DNA of 59,831 nucleotides from Chromera velia (lineage: Eukaryota): NCBI GenBank assembly GCA_018398765.1, contig JAHBMJ010000007.1, positions 1 through 59,831 on the forward strand, given 5' to 3'. The position numbers and the translations under genes were made by a program. The notes beneath the pieces are model-generated. The model saw only the letters and a program-made list of their open reading frames with translations, searched no databases and was not told the DNA's origin. This document shows positions 47,101-59,831 of the stretch, piece by piece (position 1 is the stretch's first letter; each line of letters begins with the position of its first letter).

Positions 47101-50100
47101 TTCTCCTTTTGTGTGGCCTCCTCCTCAGCATCCTTTTTTTCCTGCTCAGCACCTGCAGCAACTTCATCTGCTGTCTGCTTTTCTCTTTCTGCCTGCTCCT
47201 CTGCCCCCTTGGCTTCTGTCGCTTGTTCGGTTGCTCGTGTCACTTCTTCCCGTTTGGCTTGGGCGGCCTCAGTGAGGGCTTCATCGGGCGGGTCCGCTTT
47301 TGCAGCAGCCTGCTCTGCCTCTGCAGCTTCATCTTCCTTTTTCTTTGCTTCGGCTTCTGCTTTGCGGGCTGCGTCAGCTTTCTCTGACGCTGCTTTTGCC
47401 TTTGCTTCGGCTTCTTCTTTCGTTTTCTCAAAATGTCCCTTTGCCTTCTCTGCGGCGTCCGTTTTTTCTTGCAAGGCTTTTCTAGCCTCCTCCACCTCTT
47501 TTTCCTTCTTTTCTTTCTGTTCTGCAGCCTTTTGGGCTGTCTCTTCTGCTTCTGATTTCTTCTTCTCGGCCTCCTCGATTTCTTTCTCTGCTTTTTCCTT
47601 GCTCTCTTCGACATCTGCCAACGCTTCAGCAGCCGCGACGGCGTTTTCTTCTGCCTCTGCTGCAGCTGCAGTTGCTTGCTCTACCTTTTTTTGAGCCTGT
47701 TCTTTTTCTTCAATGCTTTTTTTCAGATGCACGTTCAGGTTGTCCCGCTTGAAAGGGTCTTTCTCGCCCTCTGCAGGCGGCTCCCCTTCTTGTTCCGCTG
47801 TAAGACCTTCCTTTCCCTTCGCCGTCTCTCCATCTTTCTTCTCACCTCCTTCCGTCTCTGCCTCTCTTTTTCCTTCTTCTCCATTCTCCTCTTCACCCGG
47901 TCCTTTTGGAGTTTTGTCCGGAGTGTCGTCATCTGTTGACTCTCTGTCTTCTGAGCTTCTTTCGTTTTCTTGACTGGTGGTGGGATGCATCTTTGGGGTG
48001 GAACCTTGATCTTGATCTTGATCTTTCGGAGGTCCCTTCTCCAGGTCTTTTCTGTTTTCGTCTTCTTCTGAGTCACTGGAGGAAGAAGCGCGTCCATCAC
48101 CCTCGTCTTTGTCAGATTTGCGGAAAAGAAAGGAAGGCCCATTTTGGGAATCTTCTCCTAGTGCGTGCCCACGGGAGAGGTTCCCTTCCTCATCTATGGT
48201 CTGCGTTCTTTGAGACATTTCTGTAAAGTCATCCTGCTTCACCCTTGCCTCCTCGGATGGAGGGCCGGGTACTTTCGCAGGAACAGTGTCAGACGGGACG
48301 CCTGCGTCTTTGCGGGATTCCTCTGCAGTCGGGGGAGTAGGAGAGGCACCACCGGTAGAGGTAGGGGGGCGGGATGCCCCCCTCTCTGTGTCTGCCGCTA
48401 TTTGTTTCTCATTCTCGCTGTCTATTTTTTCCACCAACTCTTCCGTCTTCGTCTTCAGAGAATCCAGTTGGGTCCTTGTGGCCTCTTTCAACTTCTCTTC
48501 TTCCTCCTTTCGTTTTTTCTCGTGTTCTTCGAAGTGGCCGAGCTCAGTCAGATAGGATGACAAACTGGCTGTGGAAGTTTCAGTGAGATGACCCGTACGC
48601 AGCCATTCTTTCGCTAGGAGATTCGAGTATTCCTCGATTTTTTCTTTTTCGTCGCCTTTCTTTGCGCTGGCATTTTTACCCCTTCCATTCTTTTCTGCAG
48701 TATCTTGACATTGAAGAGCGACAACGTGGACGGGCTGTGACCTTTTGGCCTCCTTGCCCGTCCAGGGGGACTCTCTTGACTGTGAAAGATTTCCTTCGTC
48801 GGTGCGTGTTCCGTCTTCTACTGTCTGTTCTGGACGTCGATCGCCAGAGTACCGTTGGATGCGACTGGAGAAACTTGGCGGGGGCGTCCCGACATTGCAG
48901 GGCTGATCCTATCTCGTCGCACCTCTGCAAAGTAGCCCTGCTTGTCTGTGGCATCATCTGCAGGTGCATCGGTAGGTGCGTCTGCTGTGCTCCCCTCTCC
49001 GTCACTATCTGCGGTACCCCCCTCTCCATTGCTTTCTGCAGAGCCTCCCTCCCCTTCTTCACCATTCTGTCCCTCTTCGCCTTTTTCTTTTTCGTTTTCG
49101 TCAATAATCGCCTGGCCTTCCTCCGTGTCCTTTTTCTCCAACGCTTTGCAACTGCATGCAGGAACAAACACTCACTTATCGTCGCATCACACCACCCTGC
49201 TTACTTTGTTGCCAGCGTCCGACGTCAGAAAGCCCATCTTCTCGGACAGAGGATAAGTTTTGGAGCGATGCGGCCCAAAAGACTAGAAACAGAGAACCGC
49301 GTAAAGAAACAAGAACACTTCGATGCATGGTCATCTCAGGATAGTTTACGCGTGGATAGATCAGATGGGTCTTTCGATTTGTAATTTTCACTTGTTGGTT
49401 TTTGTGAGACTGTGTGATCCAATGCAAGTCTTTCTTTCCCAGGATAAAGAAAGAATTCCATTATATCACTATGCAGTTACCCGGAAATGGGTTCTTGAGA
49501 CTGACTACACGTCTTTCAGTTTGATCGTCTTCTTCATTGCGTCTTCGATCCCCCCCAAGTACTCGACTGGGCCCTCGTCCCCTCCAGCAGAAGATCCTCT
49601 TTGACTGCCGCTTCCAGAGCCACCGGGGGGCTCTCCACTCGTGCTCTGTGACTCTTCGGTGGTCGTCATAGTTGTCGCTGCCTCCCCCTTCGTGCTCTGT
49701 GACTCTTCGGTTGTCGTCGTGGTTGTTGCACTTTCCACTGATGTCCTGCAAGTCACAGAAAAGGACATGTCAGTTTGCTTTTTGAAGGACAAATAAACGT
49801 GAAAGGAGAAACATACAAAGAATGAATTGAGGTGTTTTCTCCAGCCTCGTAGCACCAAAATAAATCGCCCTTTTGACATCCCGACTCCCGGGATATTTGC
49901 TGGCATCTTCGGCATCTCCTTTAATGTGCACGTCAGGTGTCCTACAGAAAAGAAAAAGGGGGCGCATTCCTTGCGACCGTGGAAAAGGACTGGGTCAAGC
50001 AAGCAAACTACCCCTTCATGCAATATGTCGATGAGGACGTTTTCAGATTGATTATTTATTGCATGAACTGACCGACCCATTGTCGGGTTCGTCTTTCATT

Positions 50101-52606
50101 TAGAGGAAAGATTCGGGGGGTTTCCCTGAATCATCATCTGCCGCCTCGCCGCCTTCTTCTTATCCTCCGCCCCCTTCTCCCCCTTCTCCACCGCCTCCTT
50201 CCTTTTCTCCTTCTCCTTCTTTCTTGTCGTCCTCCAAGCCTGGGTCCAGCTTTTCGCCCTTTTTCATGCAACTGCAGAGGAGAAAAGGACAATTATTCGA
50301 TCAAAGAAAACGTGCAGGCCAGCCAAGCTCAGCTAGCTGCATTGATGGCAAAACGGTCTAGGAGAGAGGAACAAAGAAGGGCATGCAGGTCTGATTCTCT
50401 CTCTCTCTCTCTCTCTCTCCCTCTCTCTCTCTGCCTTTTCTCTTTTCCGCGGAGGCAATCAAAAAGAAGCAAATCTCCTCGGAAAGTAGACGTGTTCTCT
50501 GTATGAAGAGAAGCACGTCGTTTTCTTTGTTGCTGGTGTGGTGTGGAAGATATGTGAAGAACGGGAGCTTCCCTACCTGAGAAGTCTTATGAAACTCGCG
50601 TCGTCGGCAAAAGCCCAAAAGAAAGAAAAAAGAAAGACGAAAAACAACTACCAGCTCAAACTTCATGATCAATGCCATGCACTGACCGACCTTATGGCCT
50701 TTGTGAAGTCAAACGGGCTGCAGCCACAAAAGAAGATTCAGAGCACAGAATCAACCCAGAGATGAGAGTCTCAGAGCAAAGAAACTAAATGTACCAGTTG
50801 TACTCATTGAGGGGTCCCGTCGTGAAGTCAGTCGAAAAGGGCCCGTTGATAGGGAACGCCACGCCTTTCTTGGTGCATTTCGGGAAGGCCTGTGGACCCT
50901 TCGCTGGCCTCAGGGAGCTGGAATTAAAGTCAGCCGACCAAAATTTTGTCAAACAATGCGTAGGAATCAACAGTACATATCTCTACAATCCTCCACCCAC
51001 TCGGATCCTGACCTTTCAATAGCAGCCGAGAGCGTGTCGTAAAACCTGAAGGAAGGCACCAGATGGGGGGGTGAAGTAAACAGTGAACATTCATGCATGC
51101 ACACACATGCACTCCAAGGTAAGCGCGGACTGCGCGAAATGTTTGTGCGGAAGTCAGAAGGTCACGCCTGCGGAAAGGCAAGTACTGATTCATTTGTCAG
51201 CCTGTACAGTGATTCTAAACAAGGACAGCAAAAGAGGTGCAGAGCGAGTGGCAAAATGTTTTTGTTCGATACGAGAGCAAGATGGAAGAGAAACGCCCAA
51301 ATCAGACAGAAGCAGAAAGAAGAAGGAACCATTAGGGACAGAAGAATATTAATGATGTACGGATCGTGACTGCATGACGGCATGCCGACTTACTCGTCCA
51401 GTTTCTCCTTGGACATCTTCCAGTCGTCTTCATCGCTGCGGGAGCAGTGCAAGAGGATGGACCAGCAAACAATGAGTCGCCATTCAAAAAAAAGGATCAT
51501 CACTCGAAAAACAGCTGTAGAAGCAGTAGAAGAAACTTCTCAGTAACAAACTTCTCCAAATTTTAAAGGGTCTGACTCACAGCTTGGAGAGATGACGAGG
51601 AAAATGCGGTGATCTGCTGACAATAAAAAACAACCAGATGCAACGTAAGACTCAAATGGAAGCAACGCATGCACGAATCAAGGTACGTCTGATTCACTGA
51701 CTTGACTTCCAGGATTTTCGGTTTTGCAGAAGGGTCGTGTGGCTGTCCGAAGAAAAATTTATCCAGGAAATCCTTCTTTGCTTCTTCCGAGACTGCAGGG
51801 TTGTCGAAGACTGAAACTGTCTCGGCAGGAGACAGAGGAGCCACGATGCCGGTAAAGGGATGCCAGACAATGTACTTCCTCCCTTCTTTTTCCACAATCT
51901 CAGGTTCCTGCTGCTGACCCCCCTGCTGTTGTGTTTATTGTTTTTGTTGTTCTAACGACGATGTATCTGACAGGCCTCCGGATTCTTTTTCTGCTCCTTT
52001 GCGGTTGGTTTGCAGTGCCTTCTGATGAACTTGAGTGATGCCTGTCTGAGAGAAATTTCCTTGATTGTGTCGTTGCCATGAGGCCGTCTCTGTCGAAGAT
52101 CCCCTAGATCCCTCTTGCTCTAACATTCCTAGCGTTTTTGGCCCTCCACCTAATTCACCTGATGAGTCGGACACCTGCATGATCGATTAACCCAATCGAT
52201 GAATGGATAATCGAATAAATGAAACAGAACCTGGTAAATACATGGAGTATGAAGGAAGAGATTTCGAATCCACTCCACTCATACCTCACGTCTGCTGGGG
52301 AACACAGACTGTTTTTTTCTGCAGCTCTTTCCGCTCACACACATTGTACTTCACAACAACAAAAAAAAACTTTCTGACTGAGCGACGCTGCATTCATTTT
52401 ATTCTGTCACATCTGCTCCCATGCGCATACGTACCTTTTCTCCCCTCCCCAACGCCTCCAGCTTCCCTTTTGTCTCCACGAAGGCGTCCTTTGCCGCACT
52501 CAGGTCGTGGATCTGCAGACAAATTTTCACGGGGAGTCTCTCTGCCTCTCCCACTCTCTCTCTCCGACACTCTTTCGTACAAATTTACATACACACAGAC
52601 AGACAG

Positions 52607-52656
<50 letters not shown>

Positions 52657-55600
52657 GGAGAGAGCACACACATAGGAACGCGTGAACGCAGAACTACACA
52701 ATACACATATGCATGCCGACAGACGACGCATGCACCGACCGAAGCGACGTCATCCATCATGCGAGACAGGAGAGCGAAAGCGGACCGCACCTGCCAGTCC
52801 ATCTGCACGACCCTGCATGCAGGAAATTGACCTCCAACGGCAATAGAGCGGTTGGTCATGGTTTCTGTACAGCATAAAATTGGACGCAATGACACAAAGC
52901 CTCCTTCCTCTATGACTCTGCGTTCAGATGATGGAAAGTGAGTGAAGCACCCGAGAAAGAACCTCTCCTCATCAAAGCATAGCACTGCCAAGAGAAATAG
53001 GAGATTCTCAGTCGCGCGAGCCCAGTGAAGAAAGTGTGTCGAGTGAAGTTTTTTATCTGTTTGTTCGTGTAGATATTCCTTTCATCTGTGCATGAGTAAC
53101 TAGTCAGAAGTTCGACTCCTTCGTGACGACGAGAGAGAAGGAAGTCAATCTGACTGACTCATGCCGAAAGAATGGATTGTTATCCGCCTCCGCCAGAGTT
53201 CTGAAGAGCATCTCCTTGATTTTCATGTCCTTTACAATTGCTTCCTTGTAGAGCTTGCCGACCTCCTGGGCCATGGTTTTTTCCTCCCCTTCGTAACTCT
53301 GCACAATTAACAGAGAACAGGAAAGTCAGTCAGTGTTGTTCCTGATCGTTCTTGTAAAACACATCCGTCTCCTTCCGGTCTTGCAGTGGTACTGGACCAA
53401 ACAAGAGCTGGTCAGACATCCAGCAGTACAGTATGAAATTGAGACCCAAGCCCTTTTCCCCTGAATTCCAGTTTTGCACGCTCACGTCCCTTTCAAGTTG
53501 GTCGCACTTGGAGTCTCTCACTGTCCATTTCAAGTTGGTCACACTCTCACTGTCCCTTTCAAGTTGGTCGCACTCTCACTGTCTCTTTCAAGTTGGTCGC
53601 ACTCTCACTGTCCCTTTCAAGTTGGTCGCACTTGGAGTCTCGATGACTGTTCTTGTTTGTTTTTTGTCGACATCTCAACACACTAAATGCTTTATATGCT
53701 GCAGGGATATTGAGTTTCACAGCATGCTGCTGCCTCTTTGGTCTTTCTGTTTGCCTGCGTTTATGAAATGTTTTTTCCCTCCCATCGACTGAGGCTGCAA
53801 AGATTTTTGGCAAACAGGCGCCGCTCAACATTGTAGTATCAGGTTGCTTGGCGCCCCTCCAGTCGAGTCCTTGTTGCTAGCTATAATCTGGTTCAATTCA
53901 TTACCTTTGCAAGCCCCGTACCAACAGATGAATATACAAAAGGGTCGTGTTCAAGTCCGCGCAAGGACTCCAGATGATGATGCGTTGCCTTGCTGCAGTG
54001 GACTCATACTGACCATTCTACATGCAGTTGCTGCCAGTCTCTCTCTGCATGGAAGGAACGAAAGGCTGACGTACCTTGAAGTCTGTGACGCCCTCCATCG
54101 GAAGGTCAGCCTCTTTGCCCCACTGAAAGTAGAGCCAGAAGTGTTGAAGCGACCTGCATGCGTGCATGCATGCATGCATGCACAAAAAACAGAAGAAACG
54201 GGCAGGAAGAAAACGAATTCATTGCAGCCATACATCTCGACAGTCGGATACACGGACAAACCACAGCAAGCCCATCTCAGTTCACATCGAGAGGCAGACA
54301 GACAGACAGACAGTTCAGATCCGGGCACGCATACAGCCGTGCAGGAAAACAGAAAAAGAGGCAGACATACGAAGAGGCCCACCCCGAATGCGCGACTCCC
54401 TTTGGGTCCTTGTTGATCACCTCTGACGCCTTTGGAAGGTTTTGAAGTTCTGCAGGGTCCCCTTTTTTGAAGCTGATCTCTTCCTCTTGCCCTTCGTCGT
54501 TCCTTTGAAGGAAACTGCCTACTTGACCGACAGGAGGCGGTAGGCCGTTTTTTTCTGCGTTGTCGTACATGGTCTCGTCTTTATCAATGCCCAGGATCGA
54601 CTTATATGCCTCAGGCTCAAACACAGGGCTGCATTCAGCATTCAGTCAGTCGATGAATGCATTGGGAGTTTTGTGGCCACCATCTGGATCCGTCCATTCT
54701 TTTTTCTGCTCGGACAGCCAGGACAAGGCGTGAAATTGATTTAATTCACACAGATCTCTCTCTCTCTCTCTCTCCCTCCCCTATACGTCCACCAAAATTG
54801 TATATATTTCTAGAACCACCCATTCATGCACAGTATGGTTTGACTTTCCGTTCCCCCCGTTTCCCCTGAGGACTCCAAAGGCCACAACGACTGTCCAGCC
54901 ACCTCCCTTGATGGTCCCTCCTGTACGTCTCAGAGGGCATGTATCTCCTCCATGCAATTCAAAAATGCAATTGAGCAAGATGCGAAGAAAGAAACTATCA
55001 GAAAGAGACAGAGACTTGCACAGAAAATGCTACTGACTGACTCCTCTTCTTTGATCTGCTGTTTCACCCGGACTGTTCGGTAGTTTCCAGCTGTTAGAGG
55101 GAAGTACGGATGTCGTTTCTTCCTGCACAAAAGTGCATTTTGCTAAATGTGACGAAAAGAAAAGAAAATTACGGAGAAGCAGAATTGAGCACGCACCTCT
55201 CACACTCTCGAAATCTTGATGCCTAAATTTTCGTTGCCATAATGTCTTTTTCTGTGCATCAACCAAATTGGTCGAGCGGTCGGCTCGGTTTCCTCGGTCG
55301 TTGCTCGTTCCTGTTTGATTCAATGATTGATCGCTCTACTTTGTACCTTCAAAGAGTTTTTTTTTTTTTTCTGACACAAACTCGCCTCTGGGTCAGTCGC
55401 ATGGTCTGTATCTGATTTTGTTTATCTTTCTCTCCCTCTCCTTCCATCCCTCTCACGTGCGTACACGCAAACAAGTGTTCCCATGGAAAGAGCGCGTGTC
55501 TTTATCCCGTGGAGACAGGAGAGACCAATTAATTGGGCATCTGACCTGGTTTCCGGGTCTGCATTCGAGTCGACTTTGTCTGCGAACTCCTGCATGCCTT

Positions 55601-56823
55601 TCTCTACGAGAGCTTCCCTGTACACCTTTTCGTTTCCGTGCCTGGAACAGAACAAAACAGAGCACAGAAGAGAAAAGAAGAGAACCACAGAGAAAGAGAG
55701 GCGATCGATGCGCAGGATGGGAGGGGATTTTATGTCAAATGGATAAGCAGAGATTGTGGCTATATGCACATGGGGAGGGAAGAAGTCGAAAGAAAAGATG
55801 GATGGATGGTACACAGAAGCGAAAAAGTAATGCAATCAGAAGAGAATCCACGCAGCCCACCAGAGTTCTTCTGTGACGTCTTTGTCTGCCCTCGCCAGGT
55901 CGACCGTCTTTTGTAATGACTTTTCGTTCCGATCTTTCAGAACGTCTTTGAGAACGAAAGCGACGTCCGAGAGAAGACCAAAATGCAGGCGGGAATCCAT
56001 ATGAGCAGCGAATCTGCGGTGTCGCATAAACAGAGGAGAGAAGAAAAGTCTCCGAGTGTGATTCCTTAGTGTGCCTTTGAGATGCGGTTGCGGAAAAGCT
56101 GCAGTTGCCTTGAAATTATGTAGGTGTCTTGCGAAGCATGCAATGAACTGCATCGGTTCGGTCTGTGCATTTCGATTGAAAATTCATTTTCTCTTTGTCG
56201 ATGCTCTCGAAGGATGCGATATAGCTGTTGATGCCGTCAAAGAAAGCAAGTAGCGTGAGGGACTGAAGCTTCCCCTTTTTGAAATTCATAATTGCTCTTT
56301 TTTCAGGCACTAGTCCTCTGCAGAATTATAGCGTAAATTTTCTATACTGATCGTCATCCTCAGCCAATGACATTGCGGGTATGTGAAGTGGTTTTACGAT
56401 TCGCTGACCTCTGTGCAGCTTTCTTCTTCGCAATTTCAATCTCCTCGTCGAGTTTCTCTGGCTTCGTCAGGCCGGGATAGACGTACTTGAAGGACTTGAC
56501 CAATGCCGGCGTTTTCCTGTGGACGAAATTAAACGGTGGGGGGGGGGGCACAGGGGATTTAAGCAAAACAGCTATACAACTGGGCTCCTTCGTCGAAGAA
56601 GCTGCGGACTCCACCCATGTATTTATTCGTGAAAGAGAACTTTCGGGGTGCCCGGCATGGCGAAGAAAGAAAAGGAATGCAGGTCAGTACAAGAAGATTC
56701 TATGTTTTTAAATTGGTCAAAGACAAAAACAGATCCAAGAGAGAGAGAGAGAGAGACTCTGCTGCTGAAAAGAAATCGCTGGCTTCTCGGAGCTCAAGAA
56801 GTCATTTTCTTTCTTTCTTTCTT

Positions 56824-56858
<35 letters not shown>

Positions 56859-56876
56859 TTCTTTCTTCTTTCATTT

Positions 56877-56917
<41 letters not shown>

Positions 56918-58371
56918 ACGTAAGCACATTCTTCAGCAACGCCTCGTGTGCTTGCTTCCGCTCTTTGAATCGTTTTTTGTGGGCCTCAATCATTTCGTCT
57001 ATTTTGTCTATTCCATCCTCCTCAGAGGGAGTGGGCTGGTCGATAATCACACTGCATTCAGGCAGGCAGGGAGGCAGGCAGGCAGGCAGGTGGGGATCCG
57101 CAGAGGTACATGCGTTGAAAGAAGGAATGCCGGGGTGGACTCTGTGACTTACTGGAAGGAGACGGCGAAAGCCCCCCCCCAAAAAAACCGACTGTCGGTC
57201 ATGAGTGCTGCGTGAAGGAAAGATGGTAACAACAAAGAAATGAGGCGGAGCGACCGCAACTCTCTCGGTGGGAAGAGGGAGCACCGAAGAAAAAGAAGAC
57301 AAAACAGGGAAGAAGCACCGTCTGAAGAGCTGACCCTGTTTTCACCTTCGCCCAATAAGCGCTGCACAAACCAGGGGGGATGCAGCGGCACACACAACGA
57401 ATCAAGATGAAGCCTTTTCAGAAGAGAGAACCAGAATTCGAATATACGATGTTTGTTTCATTTGCTTGGAGAATGTGATACGACCATTTTCGTTGTCATC
57501 CCTCCAGACTACACAGGGGAACACACGAGCAGACGAAACTGGAGGAAGACTAGAATAGAATAGAATAGGAGAGAAGAGAAGAGAAGTGAGAGAGGCTTCG
57601 GAGGGGGTTGACCACAGCGTTTGGGTCAAATGGGATTATCCGACGGGTTTCTGACGTGGCCTCCATGATCGATGCGAAGAAAAAGAAATGCTACTCACGA
57701 CTTGGAACAAAAGACAAACACAAAATTGTCTTTTTTTAATTTGATTGAGGCCATCAGTTGTGCACAAAGTTTTCACAGTTACTCACGTACGTCTTCAACG
57801 CAAAGTCCTGCGGCTTTGCTTCTTCCCCGTCGTCATCTGCGGACCTGTTGCCCTCCCCTCCCCGCTCGGGCTCGGTGACTTCCGCGTCGTCTCCGCCCTC
57901 TTTGGCCAAAAAGGAAACCTGTCTGCTTCGTTTGCGCCTTGCAATTATTTTTTTTCGTTTTTCTACTCGTCTGTTGAACTCTTCTTGCTTCTTTAATCGC
58001 TTTCTCTCCCTAATCAGGTCAAGCAACGACATAGCAGGAGGCTCTTCATCATTGTCATTCTCATTCTCATTTTTCCCTTCACTCTTCTCTCGAACCTCCC
58101 TCCTGCGCTTGAACTCCAGATTTGTTTTTATTGTTTTGTAACCGTACCGCTGCAACAACTGCTCTCTTTCCCTCTGCAGATCCCGAAAGCCTTCTTGTTT
58201 TTCTTTTTCATCCTTCGCGCGCAAGCCAGATGAAGGCGAACCCTGGTCAGGAGACAATTTCCAAATCCTCAGAGCCCTCCAGAAAACCTGCATAGAGTGC
58301 GCGCAACAACGTCGACCACCAAGAGAGGAATCTCCGCAACTGTGCATTTACATAAACACACAGAGGACCTC

Positions 58372-58452
<81 letters not shown>

Positions 58453-58457
58453 GTCTC

Positions 58458-58501
<44 letters not shown>

Positions 58502-58608
58502 CATCTACATATAAATATACAAACACACTCATGTGTACACAAACACGTACACATGAGAGAGAGAGAGACCCACACACAAGTAAACCGTTCCCCCCCTCCC
58601 CCCCCGCG

Positions 58609-58646
<38 letters not shown>

Positions 58647-58694
58647 TATATACATACATACATACATAAATACATACATACGCACACACACATA

Positions 58695-58738
<44 letters not shown>

Positions 58739-59063
58739 CAATGAAGATGAAGTTCCTGCAGACCTCACGCCTCCCTGCTAGCCTGCCCACACTCTCCGGT
58801 TCATTGCAACAGCGTCCTTCGGTGTTGATGCATGGATGGCTGACCTGTAGCGGCTCCCAGGGGCTTGACTGGTGCCTCGGGGAACCCTCTTTATCTCTCT
58901 GACGCATTGTCAAAACAGAGAGCCCCGTGCCCTGACCCCAGCCTTCCGCCTTCTGGTCAAGAGAGTGGAAGGTCCCGTCTGCTGCAAGTACTTTCGGACC
59001 CGGCGTTGCACAGAGCAGTGCAACAGTTGCGAGAAGCACGCAGGCGGGGGGGGGGCACCGCAT
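44120..59063 (-). pseudogene. Very large multi-exon gene for a secreted protein with an Ala/Glu/Lys coiled coil; in-frame stops (pseudogene or recoded gene)
   Basis: Signal peptide MRCPPPACVLLATVALLCATPGPKVLA at 59063; many GT-AG exons; long charged coiled-coil ORF 46590-48563; SFLQ-type motifs; in-frame TAA/TAG at 51935, 50160, 50100, 45062 and 44285. Confidence 0.6.
53481..53641. repeat. 29-bp tandem repeat, ~5 copies, intronic
   Basis: tccctttcaagttggtcgcactctcactg head to tail; the first and last copies carry an 8-bp insertion. Confidence 0.92.
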
Positions 59064-59224
59064 GGAGGTTCCTTCCTCAGCACATCAGGCAGACATGCAT
59101 TTGGATCTGCTCTTTGGATCTCGCCCTGCTCTTCTGCAGCTTTATTGGTGGAGTACAGGAAAAGTGTTTACGTTTCGCGCTTCTTCTACTGGCAGTCTTT
59201 GGATCGAAGATGTAAGCGTGCACG

Positions 59225-59261
<37 letters not shown>

Positions 59262-59485
59262 ATGTTGAACGATCGACTGGAACTTCGCATGCGGTTTGAG
59301 GTGTTCTCAGACTTCTCAGACTGCATGATGCTGCCTGACTTTCGGCAAGATGAGCTTATAGAGAATGCATTGCAGCTTTGCACGGGGCTGGATACAATGC
59401 GCAGCCCTTTTGATGCTGTCGCACTCTATATATAGCTATATAGAACAAATGCATGAATATTCGTCGGTCGACGAATTCATGCATG

Positions 59486-59518
<33 letters not shown>

Positions 59519-59831
59519 TCCACACAAGTGCATGAATGTATCGGTATGCTCTGTTGTACATGCATATAGAGAGAGCTATATACACGAGAGTGCATGGGCG
59601 CGCACTGTACTTAATTACGATGAAACTTATAGTTAATTCCGCGCGCAACGCGCGCGAACTGACCTTATACTAGATTCACCTATACTTTGCCCATTTTCGC
59701 ACTGCCTTCCGGGGCCGCCCGTGTATGCATTTGTCTGCCGTCTCTTTTCTGGCTGGAGAGATCGTGCAAAGTCGAGGCAGGGGCAGATCTTGGGTCAGAG
59801 CTCAAGTGACCAAATGGGGGTCTCCAAAGTT

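Noticed and set aside
46717..47694. 325-aa plus-strand ORF and similar antisense ORFs over real exons
   Set aside because: Antisense shadow of the Ala/Glu/Lys coiled-coil exon.
53481..53641. 29-bp repeats as a CRISPR array
   Set aside because: Units are head to tail with no unique spacers, the array is intronic in a eukaryotic gene, and there are no cas genes.

Overview
Eukaryotic nuclear DNA, intron- and microsatellite-rich, with AT-rich intergenic tracts. The composition, frequent TGCATGCA and a signal-plus-transit-peptide protein suggest a chromerid-like alveolate; this is inference only. Host genes: a partial ankyrin-repeat gene, a probably plastid-targeted MsrB, an intronless permuted-papain (PPPDE/LRAT-like) peptidase, COG1, allantoinase, and a ~21 kb multi-exon gene for a secreted protein that carries several in-frame stop codons at Gln-like positions. 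Positions 3.9-14.9 kb are a fully resolvable transposon nest. A decayed Ty1/copia element has non-canonical AGTT...AATT LTRs and an extra CCHC knuckle after the integrase. It is interrupted by a CTAGG-ended DNA transposon in RT and by a Penelope-like element with an N-terminal GIY-YIG endonuclease in gag. The most novel candidate is the 3' UTR of that Penelope-like element: a densely structured RNA with P/Q/R/S-like motifs in group I ribozyme order, which is degenerate and unconfirmed. Further CWAGG-ended MITEs with 8-bp TSDs are nested at 30.0-30.6 kb.
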